Below the pieces are notes generated by a model that was given only the letters and a program-made list of their open reading frames with translations, was not told the DNA's origin and did no database searches. A stretch of 64,000 nucleotides of DNA from Eledone cirrhosa (taxonomy: Eukaryota): NCBI GenBank assembly GCA_964016885.1, contig CAXHJY010000353.1:66626-130625 (forward strand), written 5' to 3'. Position numbers and translations under genes: made by a program. Positions 1-13,445 of this stretch are shown here, piece by piece; position 1 is the stretch's first letter, and every line of letters begins with the position of its first letter.

Positions 1-75
1 ATATATGTATATATATATATATGTGTATATATATGTATATATATATATGTATATATATGTATATATATGTATATA

Positions 76-118
<43 letters not shown>

Positions 119-133
119 GTATATATATGTATG

Positions 134-166
<33 letters not shown>

Positions 167-194
167 GTATATATTATATAATTGTATTTTTGGT

Positions 195-238
<44 letters not shown>

Positions 239-339
239 CATATATTTGTTTTGGATTTTTCTTGTTAGTATGTGTAACTGAGTGTGCGTTCATATGTATG
301 TATGAGCAATTGGATGTGAATTTATATGAGAGAGAGAGA

Positions 340-430
<91 letters not shown>

Positions 431-811
431 TTGTGTGTGTGTGTGTGTTAGTCTTTGATTGTGTTTTGTGTGTAGATGTACGGATTACAATGAGGAGGAA
501 ATGCTTGCTAAACACGTTAGCACTTTAAATTCCGGTAGCTGCGGGTTGGATTTCAGTTTGAAAACAAAACTATTGACGACACGATTACGCTGGTCGGTTG
601 CGTTGTGTGATGTGGATCCCTAGTTGCAGCTGTCAATGTCAGCATGAGGCTAACTTAATTGTATGTGATTCGATAACAACAGCTTAGCTATCTGAGCTTG
701 CTAGCTAGTTTTCCATATAGAGTTGGACTGGGGTAGAGAGAGAGCGAGGTATAGAAAGGTATAGAAAGAGGTAGAGAGAGGTAGAGACTGGTAGAGAGAG
801 GTATAGAAAGA

Positions 812-875
<64 letters not shown>

Positions 876-1032
876 AAGAGAGAGAGAGATACAGAGAGAG
901 AGAGGGAGAGTGAGAAGTAGAGAGAGAGACAGAGAGAGAGAGAGAGGGAGAGAGAAGTAGAGAGAGAGAGGGAGAGAGAGAAGTAGAGACAGAGCGAGAG
1001 AGGGAGAGAGAGAAGTAGAGAGGGAGAGAGAG

Positions 1033-1071
<39 letters not shown>

Positions 1072-1483
1072 GAGAAAGAGGTAGAGAGAGAGAGGTAGAG
1101 ACAGAGAGAAAGAAAGAATAAGAGCCAGAGAAAAAGCGAGAGAAAGAGCGAGAGAAAGAGCGAGAGAAAGAGCGAGAGAAAGAGCGAAATTTAGAGACAG
1201 AGAGAAAAATGGCGGAAACTACAACAAGAGCAACAACAAATATAAAAAAGAAACAAAACATGTGGAGGAAATATCTCCTGAAACCGGTAGTAAGCCACTT
1301 TTACAGTGAGGCGTTTGAGTAATTGATAACGATTCAGATTATTAGAGATTTAATGACTAGGCAAATGAGAGATAAGGGACTTCGTTTGCCTCCATACAAT
1401 ACAACACAGATTGAAGTCAGCATTGATTATCGCTGTGTAGCTGACTGGTCATTTACACATGATATATCAATAGAATAGTCACC

Positions 1484-1607
<124 letters not shown>

Positions 1608-1638
1608 CGTGCGTGCATGTTTATGACCCTCTCAAAGT

Positions 1639-1678
<40 letters not shown>

Positions 1679-1929
1679 GTGTGTTAGTATGTATTTATGT
1701 ATGCTTATATATAAATATATATGTGTGTGGAGAGAGAGAGAGAGAGACGAAGAGATAGAGATAGAGAGAGACGAAGAGAGAGATTGATAGATAGCTATGA
1801 CTACATACTTACATATGTGCACACATACAAAATCATAAATATATATATATATATAAATATATATATATATACATACACGCACACACACATATATATATAT
1901 ATATATGTATATACATATATATATATATA

Positions 1930-2120
1930 GGGCGGGTAAAATTCCCGAGATCCATGGACGAGTTCTCTCCAACGGTCTTTGTCCTTTATCAACACCGCCA
2001 TGTCCTGCGTCTCCCTGAGACCAGTGTCTACCCTTAGGGCATCAATATATGTCAACCTCGGTCTCCCTTTTCTAGTGTGTGCGTGTAGGGGCTCCCACAG
2101 AACTACTGAGTGTAGTGTCA
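1930..2120 (-). mobile_element. RTE-like LINE, 3' end fragment
   Basis: Minus-strand VVLWEPLHAHTRKGRPRLTYIDALRVDTG..KDRWRELV, a typical RTE ORF2 C-terminus; runs into (TA)n. Confidence 0.75.
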
Positions 2121-2122
2121 AC

Positions 2123-2538
2123 TATGAATCTCGGCTTAAGGAATCACCAAGAAGTTAGTGGACCTGATATCACTGCTCTACACCAACACCAGAGCCCAAG
2201 TCATTACACCCGACGGAATGACAGAGTTTTATCAGATACTAGCTGGTGTGTTCCAGTGAGATACCTTTTTATCATCGCAGTGGACTATTGTATGCGCCTT
2301 GTAGTGGAGAAACGCCTGAACTCGGGCTTTACTGAAGCACTGGATCAGAGTAAGAGAGTTAAGGATAAACAAATATCAGATGCTGAATTTGTTGACAAGA
2401 CAGTTCTGGTGACAAACACAGTGAAGAAGGCAGAGGAGTTGATACAGGAGGTGGAGACTGTGTCGATGAGTGTCGGGCTGAAAATGAAGGAGAGTAAGAC
2501 GAAGTATCTGGTAGAGAACATAAAGAAACCAAAGAAGA

Positions 2539-2540
<2 letters not shown>
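2123..2540 (+). mobile_element. RTE-like LINE, decayed RT fragment (opposite orientation to the adjacent 3' end)
   Basis: LLYTNTRAQVITPDGMTEFYQILAGVFQ*DT, then YLFIIAVDYCMR...DAEFVDKTVLV...VGLKMKESKTKYL (RT motifs 3a-6) with stop/frameshift. Confidence 0.78.
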
Positions 2541-2617
<77 letters not shown>

Positions 2618-2869
2618 TTATACATATACAGAGAATGAGAAAGACTGAGTGAGAGTTTAACAAGTAATTCGATCTGAGATAGTACGCAGTTGTTTCATAG
2701 TAAATATATTATGGTCATTAAAAAAAAAACAAGACCAAACACCTTCAGGTATATATTCACCTTTAACTAATTATTTTTTATATCAAAATATGTAGGTTGT
2801 TATGTATAGTGTAACTGTGACCTGGTTAGAGGTGGGTGACACAATACTTTAACATCCAATATATACACA

Positions 2870-3062
2870 ATTATGGTTGATAGGCAGTAGCGGTAGAGGG
2901 TTGGACGCCATGCTTTCTAGCATAGAGTTACGTCCCTTTATGATCTGAGTTCAAATCCCGCCGAGGTTAACTTTGCCTTTCATCCTTACGGGGTCGAATA
3001 AATAAAGTACCAGTAATGTACTGGGTAATTGCTGGCCTTGTGCCTAAAGTAGAAACAATTAT
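2870..3062 (+). mobile_element. tRNA-derived SINE family 1
   Basis: A-box-like TAGGCAGTAGCGG, B-box GAGTTCAAATCC, body TTTGCCTTTCATCCTTACGGGGTCG, tail GCTGGCCTTGTGCCTAAAGTAGAAACAATT. Confidence 0.85.
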
Positions 3063-3522
3063 TAAAAGAAAAATAATATTATAGGAAATACAATTATAAC
3101 AATATATATGAGACTTTAACAACTTAAATTACATATCCAGGAGGAAACACTGACACAGATACACACATTATATATATATATATATGTTTATATATATACA
3201 TACATATATATATATATATACTGTATATATATATACATACATATATATATATATAACTGCTCTGTAGAACAACTGATGTTATTACATTGAGCTATTTATC
3301 TTACTGGTAATAAGGTAGTAATAAATTACTGACCTTCACTGTTTAGGGTTTAAAATATACATAACTATAAAAAGTTTTAATATATACATAACCATAAATA
3401 GTATTTCTAATATTAATATTATATATATATATATAGTTATATATACATATATTATAAAGAGTCAGGACTCCGACGGCTGAGCTCTTGCCGTTTCAACAGC
3501 TAGTTCCAGACTGTCTCTTTAT

Positions 3523-3704
3523 AATTGTTTCTACATTTGGCACAAGGCCAGCAATTACCCAATGTATTACTGGTACTTTATTTTATCGACCCCGTAAGGA
3601 TGAAAGGCAAAGTCAACCTCGGCGGGATTTGAACTCAGATCGTTAAGGGACGTAACTATGCTGGAAAGCATGGCGTCCGACCCTCTACCGATACTGCCAA
3701 ATCC
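3523..3704 (-). mobile_element. SINE family 1, nested in a fold-back family A element
   Basis: Reverse complement of the consensus; TSD TGTCTCTTTATAAT on both sides. Confidence 0.85.
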
Positions 3705-4194
3705 ATGTCTCTTTATAATATAATATAATCATACTCTACAACCCCAAGCATCTGTTGAATAATGGTTTAACCAATTTTAAACTGAACCCATCCTGATGAT
3801 ATATTTTACGTCTCTTTTTCGCCCCTCTCTCTCTACACACACGTATATAGATATAATTTTAAAGATTGCTTTAATTATGAATGCGCGGGCTTTAGAATCA
3901 CTGGTCTGCTACTTTGCAGTAATGATAAATAAATCACTTTACTAACACATTTATTTTCGGGGAATAATCTACTTTGGCGTACCGGGTGTAACCGCAACTC
4001 GAGAATACTTTCCCTTTTTATTGCAATTTTTTCTCATGTTTACAATCATTAACCACAAACTCGAATTACTGAAGAACATACAAATCCGTTATGTCAATGA
4101 TTATTACCGACACTAGTGCGATTATTGTGGGTAGATCGATCAATTCGTCTGATACCAGTGAGCTCTTCACTGTAAAAATACTTTGCAGATAACA

Positions 4195-4631
4195 GTTTCT
4201 ACTTTAGACACAAAGCCAGTAATTTTAGGGGAAGGGAAGTCAATTAAATCGAGCACATTTGCGTTACTGGTACTTTATTTTATCATCCCTGTAAGGATGA
4301 AAGGCAAAGTCAACCTCGGTGGGATTTGAACTCAGATCGTAAAAAACAGTTATTATGTGCCGCAAAGCATGTTAGACGACGCTCTACCAATCCTGCCAAT
4401 TTACCACCATAAACATTAGGAAAATAATTATTTCTATATTTGGCACAAGGCCAGCAATTAGAAAGGAAGAGAAAGTCGATTAAATCGATGCCAGTGTCTT
4501 ACTGGTACTTTATTATAACGACCCCGCAAGGATGAAAGGCAAATCTAACCTCGGCGGGAATGCAAAGTGCTGTAATTATGTGCTGCAAAGCATGTTGTCC
4601 GACACTCTACCAATACTGCTAACCCACCGCT
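4195..4631 (-). mobile_element. Two tandem older SINE family 1 copies (long-tail form)
   Basis: ~4195-4410 and ~4428-4631, both with the AAGTC(G/A)ATTAAATCGA insert. Confidence 0.8.
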
Positions 4632-4734
4632 CTAAACATTGAAAATAACAACACATCAAAATGACTGATTTGTTTCAAAGGATTCTTTAGATGCATGGCA
4701 GTCAAAAATGTCTTCATCTATTTTACGACTACAT

Positions 4735-5400
4735 AGCTGCTAGACGTAATTTAGTTTGTGGTGCCTGGCTCCATGCCCTACCCTCCTTCTCCACTGGCAC
4801 GTAGCTAGACAATAATAGCATGCGCATCGGCGTTTCGTTGAGGCTCGGCCTCCGGATCTGTGAGCCATAACAATGTCGCTGCGGATCCACCGTGGACTCT
4901 TTCGGCCTCCACCCGCTTTCCTGTCCCCACAGTGCCGGCCGCCTTCCACGCCATGCTGCCCTCAACGAGGTCATAAAGCATGGCTTGGACGCTGCAGGCT
5001 CCCCTTCCCAGCTCGAGCCGATGGGGCTGGACCGAGGGGACGGCAAAAGGCCAGATGGCATGACCATCTTCCCGTTCCGCGGTGGCAAACCCCTCGTCTG
5101 AGATTCCACTTGCACCGACTCTTTCTGCAGCCGCAACCTGGTGCAGTCTGCGATTAACCCGGGTTCTGCTGCACGTTGGGCTGAGGAGGCTAAACTCCTC
5201 AAATACCGGTCACTCTCTGACAGGTTTGCGGTTGTACCCCTGGCAGTAGAGACTTCCGGCGTCCTCGGCCTTACCCACCACCATAGGCCCTGAGCTGACC
5301 AGCCGCAGGTGTGAGCCTTGTGAGTTGGAGTGGCTTCTCCAGCGCGTCTCCTTTGCCGTCCTCCGGGGAAACGCCTTCTCCATTCTGACCGCCGGGGCTG
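4735..5400 (+). mobile_element. CRE-clade (RLE-type) non-LTR retrotransposon, decayed 3' fragment
   Basis: GC-rich island encoding [85 protein letters not shown] (zinc finger + RLE). Confidence 0.85.
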
Positions 5401-5989
5401 TGCGTGTGTGTGTGGGGGGGGGGTCATCGCGTATCATTCCATATTTAATTATGGTCGGTATGTGTATGTTTATGTTTTGGATGTTGACGAAGACAGAATG
5501 TGAATTATTACTGTTGTTACTAGTTATGTTATCTGATGTTACTTTCATTTCCTTTTTGTACTCGATATAAACTCTCCATTCCCCTATGTTGCATTTCGTC
5601 CTTATACCGTTTGTGGTTATTACTACGTTCGTGGAGAGAAAACAATCACCAACGACTAGATGCTTGTGAAAAGGCATCAATAATGGCATAGGAATACAAT
5701 AATGTATTGATTGAGTAACACAATATCTCTGTAAACATGTTCAATATGGCTTTCTTTGTTTCCGATTTGATCCATTATTCGATCAATAAATTATCCGAAC
5801 AATATCCTCCCCGACCCTGTCCAGGTCTAAATACTTGTGTGTTAGGACAAGAATTATCACAGCGCTTCTCTTCTCTACCTACTACTTGCCTTACAGCATC
5901 TAGGCCTCGACAATCTAGACTTTTTATTCAAAAATTCTGTATCTAGGACAGAAATGTATTTCTACCCATATTATTTTATTCTTTCAGTT

Positions 5990-6181
5990 GGGCGGTGGGT
6001 TGGCAGTATCGGTAGAGGGTCGGATGCCATGCTTTGACGCATAGAGTTACAGCCCTTGCCATTCTAAGTTCAAATCCCACCGAGGTTAACTTTGCCTTTC
6101 ATCCTTACGGGGTCGATAAAATAAAGTACCAGTAATGCACTAGGATAATTGCTGGCCTTGTGCCAAAAGTAGAAACAATTG
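5990..6181 (+). mobile_element. SINE family 1
   Basis: GGCGGTGGGTTGGCAGTATCGG head, B-box AAGTTCAAATCC, complete tail. Confidence 0.85.
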
Positions 6182-6399
6182 TTTTATTTGTTCAGTTTTT
6201 CAAGTCAGTGGACAGTGGCCAGGCTGGGGCAGCATCTTGATTAATCGATCGTATTGACCCAGAGTACATATTTGATTTCAAGTTTGGTATTTATTTGGTC
6301 GATCTTTTTTACGTCGTCGAAGCGGACATAATCATATATAGGTACAAACCTAAGCAGCCATATTGTTGTATACATACACAGAGACATACACACATGCAC

Positions 6400-6471
<72 letters not shown>

Positions 6472-6473
<2 letters not shown>

Positions 6474-6612
6474 GACAGGCTTCTACAGTTTCCGTTAACC
6501 AAATTCCCGTTGCAAAGTGTTGTTGAACCGGAGGCAAGGTACACCGGAGCATGATTAAACCCTGAAATATTTCGTGACGTAACGAACTACTTAACCAATC
6601 AACCATGCCTGT
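6472..6612 (-). mobile_element. Degraded SINE family 3
   Basis: ACGACAGGCTTCTACAGTTTCCGTTAACCAAATT matches, from memory, an abundant octopus SINE tail; decayed tRNA-like head. Confidence 0.45.
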
Positions 6613-9033
6613 GTCCCTTTATTATTTAGGGCAATAGGTCTGCTATTTAAGGGAGGTCATGCTACTATTTCTTGATAAAACGTAGAACAAGCATTGCCAA
6701 CCTTTCTCCGTCATAACACAGGTTGAATTACTAAAAACATTTCAACCGAATTTTGAAATTAGGTATGCCATTCAGAAAGTAAAACGGACCGCACTATGGC
6801 CATGACTGACTTAGAAGCTATTTTAAAAAACATATCTTTTGATGATCCTCACTACCAAGAATCATATGATTAGATATTTATTTATTTATTAATCTATCTC
6901 TACATTGTTTTCATTGAACATATATTTCTCCTTTATTATATATATATTTTTAGTTTCGTTTTGTTATGAAATATGTTTGTTGTGCAAAGGGCTATAGTTT
7001 TGTGTTTTTTCTTTTTTTTTTCTCTATAATTCCTTCTCGAACATTCCACAAAGAATCAGAATTTGTTATCTTAGTTATGAAAAAACCTTCATGTTGACAG
7101 TTAACACCTGAACCATTGATCAAATTGCATTTTGTACTATTTTTTCTCGTTTGTCTTTTGTTCACCTCGTTTCTTCTTCTGTCCTTGTCTCTCTATCTCT
7201 CTCTTTCTTCGCCATGTGTATGTGTATATGTATATGTACAGGTGTGTAATCGCTGTGTGCTTTCTGAAAGTATACGAAGTACTGAGTGTGAAATTGTGTT
7301 TGCGAAACTATATGTCTGCGTGCGTTTATGTGTAAGTTTATGAATATAACAGCCACTATATATATATATGCATACATTCACACACATATATATACACACA
7401 CACATATATATATGTGTATATATATATATATTTATGTGTGTGTGTGTGTGTTTTGTATGCGGGATTCTTCGTTTCATTCACATAAGTGGATGTCAAGAAG
7501 AACTGCCAGAAAAGAAGAAAACAAAAGAACACAAACGAATAAAAAAAATTAAAAAAATGAGAGAAAAAGCAAAAAGAAAGGAAGAAGCCAAAATGATGAC
7601 AGAAAATCAAGCAATGAAGCGACGAAACAAAACAAGCGAAATGAAAAATGAACAAGAAATACATGGTGAGTGAGTTTATCAACGTCGAAACACGAGTTAG
7701 TGCGGTATTGTCTCTCTTTACACCTCCAGAAATAAGCGATAAATAAATATATAACGGAATATAGAAACATGTAAAAATTTTAAAAACTAAATCAAAACTG
7801 AAGAAAAGAAATAAAACCATAAAATAAAAAAAAATAAGGGCTAAAAATAAAATATATATAATATGAAAATGAAATAAAATAAAAATGAAATAATAAAAAG
7901 ATGTATTTATCATAAGGACATTTACACTCTTTACAATTTGCTGCCAAAAGAGAAGATTTTTCAATAACTACAAAAGAAGTATAGTTTCGTTAAAATTAGA
8001 CCTCCAAAGCAAAACTGAACAGTAATTGATGAAATATTTTCGAGATATTTATTGGTTGAATGTGTGCGTCAGGTGGTTAGTAAGAAAGACAAAGTTGCCG
8101 GAAGAAAATGACGTCTTTTATTTATTTATTTAATTATTTATTTCATTATAGAATTTTTGTTTCGTTTTTTTTTTGTTTTTGTTTTTGAAGGATACTAGAG
8201 ACTAAGAGACACATGCCTTGCCACTTGAACTGCAATCCAACGTTACAGAGTCTTGTTTTAAACCAAGAAATCTATGAAAGCCTTGCTTGCAGGGCTTTGC
8301 TTTTGTGATAAAACTTTTGAGCTTTTCCTTTGAATAATAAGATCAGTGACATTTATTAACAAAACACACACATACACACACACACACACACATACGCCCC
8401 CCCCCCACACACAACTAAACAAAAAATTACAATATACAATAACAAAAAGAAGCTATTTTTGAATATGGCAGCTTTGTATGATTTCCTTCAGTTGGCTTTT
8501 AATTCATTCTATATTTCATTGTGTATTTAATTCTTCTTCTTCTCCATCATCATCATCATCATCACTAACGACCTCGTCTTCGTTTTCTTCTCCTTCCTTC
8601 AAACTTCTACTCCTCCACCTTTGTTCATTTTACCTGGAGAGAAATGAATCTAGATACCTTACATTCTCCTTCTCTTCCTTCATATCTATCTCTCTCTCTC
8701 TCTCACACATACACACACTGCCCCCCCCCCTTTCTATCTCACACTCTCTTCCTGCCACCTCTCATCCTCAAGCTTCAACCCCCCCTCCTCTCTCTGTTCA
8801 GTTATGTCGAGGAGGTATTCAATCGGGTTGTGTCAACTGTCATATAACACAACATCTAGGATTAATATTCAAGAGAGTTCTACCTACTCTCACTACCAAC
8901 ATTTCCACGTTTCAATTCCTTACTTTATATATTTCACACATTGAAATATGCTGCAGGCTAAATAATGAATTCTTCAATATTTTTCCTTTCTTTTGTATTC
9001 TGCTTCCACTACTCGACAGCCACGTACATATAA

Positions 9034-9100
<67 letters not shown>

Positions 9101-9289
9101 CATACATACATATCTGTATATATAAAAAAAATAAAATAAGAATTTTTCGCTCTAGCACAGCTGATATATAAAAGTAAGTATGCATACGTACGTACACAGA
9201 CAATATATATACATATATATATATTATATATATAAACACACATATATAAAAAATATACATATGTACGTGTGGGTTATATCGAACATTAA

Positions 9290-10310
9290 TAATTGTTTAT
9301 ACTTTTGGCACAAGGCCAGCAATTACCCAGTGCATTACTGGTACTTTATTTTATCGATCCCGTAAGGATGAAAGGCAAAGTTAACCTCGGCGGGATTTGA
9401 ACTCAGACCATAAAGGTCCGTAACTCTTTGCTGCAAAGTATGGCGTCCGACCCATTGAAAATATATAGTATTTTCTTAAGTATACATCGGCTGAGTAGCC
9501 TCATTTACATAGTGAGCGAGATGCGGCTGGCTTTGAGTAATATTAAAAATGAAATAAAAATGTTATTTTTCGCTCTAGCATATGTATATTTATATACGAG
9601 TGTACGTATGTATACTTAGTTTTATGTATCAGCTGTAATAATTGTTTCTACTTTAGGCACAAGGCCAGCAATTACCCAGTGCATTACTGGTACTTTATTT
9701 TATCGACCCCGTAAGGATGAAAGGCAAAGTCAACCTCGGCGGGATTTGAACTCAGATCGTAAAGGGACGTAACTATGCTGGAAAGCATGGCGTCCGACCC
9801 TCTACCGATACCGCTAATCCATAATGAATACAAAGACCAAATTTGGGCAGCAATATGGTTGAAGTCTTCAAACAAAAGAGAAAAGAGTTAATAATTGTTT
9901 CTACTTTTGGTACACGGCCAGCAATTATCTCAGTGCATTACTGGTACTTTATTTTATCGACCCCATAAGGATGAAAGGCAAAGTTAACCTCGGCGGGATT
10001 TGAACTCAGACCGTAAAGGGACGTAACTGTAGGCTGCAAAGCATGGCGTCCGACCCTCTACCGCCACTGCTACTCCACAAGACAAAAGAGTTAATAATGG
10101 TTTCTTATATAGGCACAAGGCCAGTAATTTGGGGGGAGGAGAAAGTCAATTAAATCTACCCCAGTGCGTGACTGGTACTTTATTTTATCGACCTCATAAG
10201 GATGAAAGGCAAAGTTAACCTCGGCGGGATTTGAACTCAGACTGTAAAGGGACGTAACTGTAGGCTGCAAAGCATGGCGTCCGACCCTCTACCGCCATTG
10301 CTACTCCACA
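9290..10310 (-). mobile_element. Cluster of four SINE family 1 copies
   Basis: ~9290-9455, 9638-9822, 9890-10079 and 10093-10310, all on the minus strand. Confidence 0.85.
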
Positions 10311-11294
10311 AGTCAAAAGAGTTAAGAATGCTGACACACTGACACAGAAACACTCAAACAAATATATATCGTCTATGTCCCTCTATTGCAATCAACATCT
10401 ATCAAATTCATATCACAGTGTCAAAATTCTTTTTAGTTCTAACTGATATATAAAAAGTGACAGATCCCAATGCCATATGATACACTAGAATTGTTTTCCA
10501 TATGCTGACGCGTATGAGTATATGTGTGTATATGTGTATGTGCAAATGCATATATTTATGTATGAGTATCTAAATATAAACGTGTAAACACAGACACACT
10601 TACAAAAATACACACTCAGAGACATACATTCACACAAATACACATACATATTTTCAACACCTCCTTGCTTCTTTTTACACCCACATACATTCACGCAGGC
10701 AGCAGACGTAAAGAGAGAAGAGTCGTATGAGGTAGTCAAACTACTCCCCTCTCTTTACGTGTTGTAACAGAATCGCAGAAATTTATATATAGATATATTC
10801 AAAATAGGAAGAATACAGGAGAAAGATAATGAAAATAAAAAAAACCTAAGAAAAAACAACGGGAAGCAGGGAAGTCTCATCTCTTCAGTCAACCTCTAAA
10901 AACCACTAAGGTCAATACCATTTTAAGGTCAATACCATTCACACCAGTGCACATAGGGACAAAAAAAAATAAAACAGGCAAATCACATAAATATAGAGTG
11001 CATAAGCGCCCAGCCAAAGGAGACGAATAAAGAAGGGAGTTAAATAGTAAAACAGAAGAGAGTAAGGACTGTTTTCGAACGTGCAGACAAAGAAGGGCAT
11101 TGAGGCATAGAAAAAGTATGAAGGGCAAATAGGAGGAAAACAGTCTGTGTGGTGTGATGTCTATTATATGATAGTTTACAAAAAAGTCCGCATGGCTAAG
11201 TTTTTAGAATATATATATATATGCTGGTCCTTTAACCTTGTTCTAGTGACGCAGCTTGATGGAGCTTGCAACTATTGATATACTCTTGTTTATA

Positions 11295-11341
11295 AGCTCT
11301 GATGATTCCTGCCATAGGGTATGGGTGAAACACTGTTAGCT
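11295..11341 (+). ncRNA. Type I minimal hammerhead ribozyme motif
   Basis: AGCT-CTGATGA-TTCCTGCC atag GGTATGGGT-GAAA-C act G-TT-AGCT, followed directly by AATAAA. Confidence 0.6.
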
Positions 11342-11699
11342 AATAAAACAATGTATTTCTAAGCACTCTTTGGTTATTCCTATAATTATATATATATATA
11401 TATGAAACACAAATTTAAATTTTGGGAGCCAAAGCAATGCGTTAGGGAGAACGTTAGATCGCCAAGATAAAATAATCTTACCTTAGCAATTTTAACGATC
11501 GTTACATTTGTTTACTATTCAACAGTGAGTCAAGCAAGTTACACAATTTATGTGTATATATATATATATATATAAAAAGATGAATATAAAATGAAAGTGC
11601 TTTTATAAAGGAATTTATTAGGTATTGGCATATGTTTCTGTAACAGACGGAATACCTATGTATCGCTGCTTGCGTAATCATATAATATTAGCACGTAAT

Positions 11700-12140
11700 C
11701 GATAGCAAATGTATAATCAGGCAAGCAGAAGTGGCTTTCAAGTTAAGCAAAATCCTATATTTTTCTGTGGTACACAAAGAACAATTCTTTGTGCCCCTTT
11801 GGTACTCCCTCGAATGGTCTAAAATAGAACAATGGATAGAGTACGGGATGTTTTTATCCTTGAATTCCCACACCTTACTTGCAAGGGCCGTTGTTGTTCG
11901 TTTATCGAAGTGCTTAAAAAAAGCGACATGTGCATAAAACCTGGTTTTAAACCTGTCCAAAGGGGCGCAAAGAATTGTTCTTTGTGTACCACAGAAAAAT
12001 ATAGGATTTTGCTAAACTTGAAAGCCACTTCTGCTTGTCTGAACTCAAAGACCGAGATCTTCAGATGTTGTCCTCATCTGAAATCACATCTGATCTGTAA
12101 TTGGAGTGACATTCCTATCATAACTCAACCACCTTGAACT
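11700..12140. mobile_element. Penelope-like element GIY-YIG endonuclease C-terminal remnant, present as an inverted pair
   Basis: Minus strand FKTRFYAH..TTTALASKVWEFKDKNIPYSIHCSILD..YQRGTKNCSLCTTEKYRIL; plus strand QRGAKNCSLCTTEKYRILLNLKATSACLNSKTEIFRCCPH. CxLCxxEK...LNxxxE...CxH is typical of PLE endonucleases. Confidence 0.75.
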
Positions 12141-12417
12141 CCTTTCCTGCTCTTTACTTCTACTAGGCTTTTTTTACCTGCTGAATCCACGTTCTGTACT
12201 CTTGTATTCTCTTTCTCCCTTATCTCCCCTTATATTTAAACCTTTTCCTATGTCATTTCCCCCCCTCTTTTTCCCCCCTATTTTTTTGCCTTACCCTTCA
12301 CATACCAAACATTTTTTTAATTTTTAGATATTAATTTTTTATATAATGGTTTTATGTGTTTTTATATAATAGCCTCAGAAAAGGCTTGAGCTCTGCCGTA
12401 GGGTCAGACTTTTTCCT

Positions 12418-12471
<54 letters not shown>

Positions 12472-12756
12472 CGTAATTGTATGTGCGTTTGTATTTCTGT
12501 GGTTGGGTTTATTTTGTGTGTGTGTGTATATGTATATATATTTATGTGTGTGTGTGTATATGTATATATGTATAAGGGTGTATGTATGTGCATCATTACA
12601 TATAGTGATTTGATGATTATTTTCATTGATCTTTTGCTCCAGGAACTTGTTGAGTGCTCTAGGTCTGCTATGGGCATGTACACCCTTTTCTAAATATATA
12701 TTTATTTTATAATAATTATGTTTTCTCATATATATATATATATATTGAGTTATATA

Positions 12757-12793
<37 letters not shown>

Positions 12794-12884
12794 GTGTGTG
12801 TACGTATGCATACGTATGTGTATGTGTATATGTGTGTGTAGGTATATATGTGTATGTTAGTATGTATGTATGTGTATGTATGTG

Positions 12885-12949
<65 letters not shown>

Positions 12950-13445
12950 ATATTTTAGAGTTAAATAAGGTTCATAGGAATTATCTAAGAATGAGTTTTA
13001 CACACATATATATGTGTGTGCTTGTATTTGGTTGTGCGTGTTTGTGATATGTACGTATTTGTATGTATATAATTGTATGGCCATGTATGTATGTGTGTGT
13101 ATATATATATATATATGTATGTATATGTGTGTGTATATATGTATATATATGTGTGTGTGTGTGTGTATGTATTTGTGTATGCGTATGTATGTGTTTATGT
13201 ATTTGTATATGGATATTTATGTGTGAGAGTGTGTGTATGTAATTAATTTTTCGTATGTATGTGTACGTGCATTTGTGTGTATTGCTCACCACGTGTGTTT
13301 GTTAATTTATTTGTTGCCTGTATCGCTGTCAACTTTAGAACTTTATTATTATATATATTTTTTCTTATATTTATTTGCGTGTGTGAATATGTAGAGGTGT
13401 GTGTATATTTTTGTGCATGCATATGTATGCATGTGTGTATGTGTG

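Noticed and set aside
701-1261. Ser/Leu or Arg/Glu repeat ORFs
   Set aside because: (GA)n polypurine repeats; likewise 27549-28086 and 30471-30789.
2870-2965. tRNA gene
   Set aside because: A/B boxes belong to SINE heads; there is no complete cloverleaf, and the same body and tail follow every copy.
7487-7665. Plus-strand Lys/Glu-rich exon ending ATG|GTGAGT
   Set aside because: A-rich low complexity with a weak acceptor; not supportable without transcripts.
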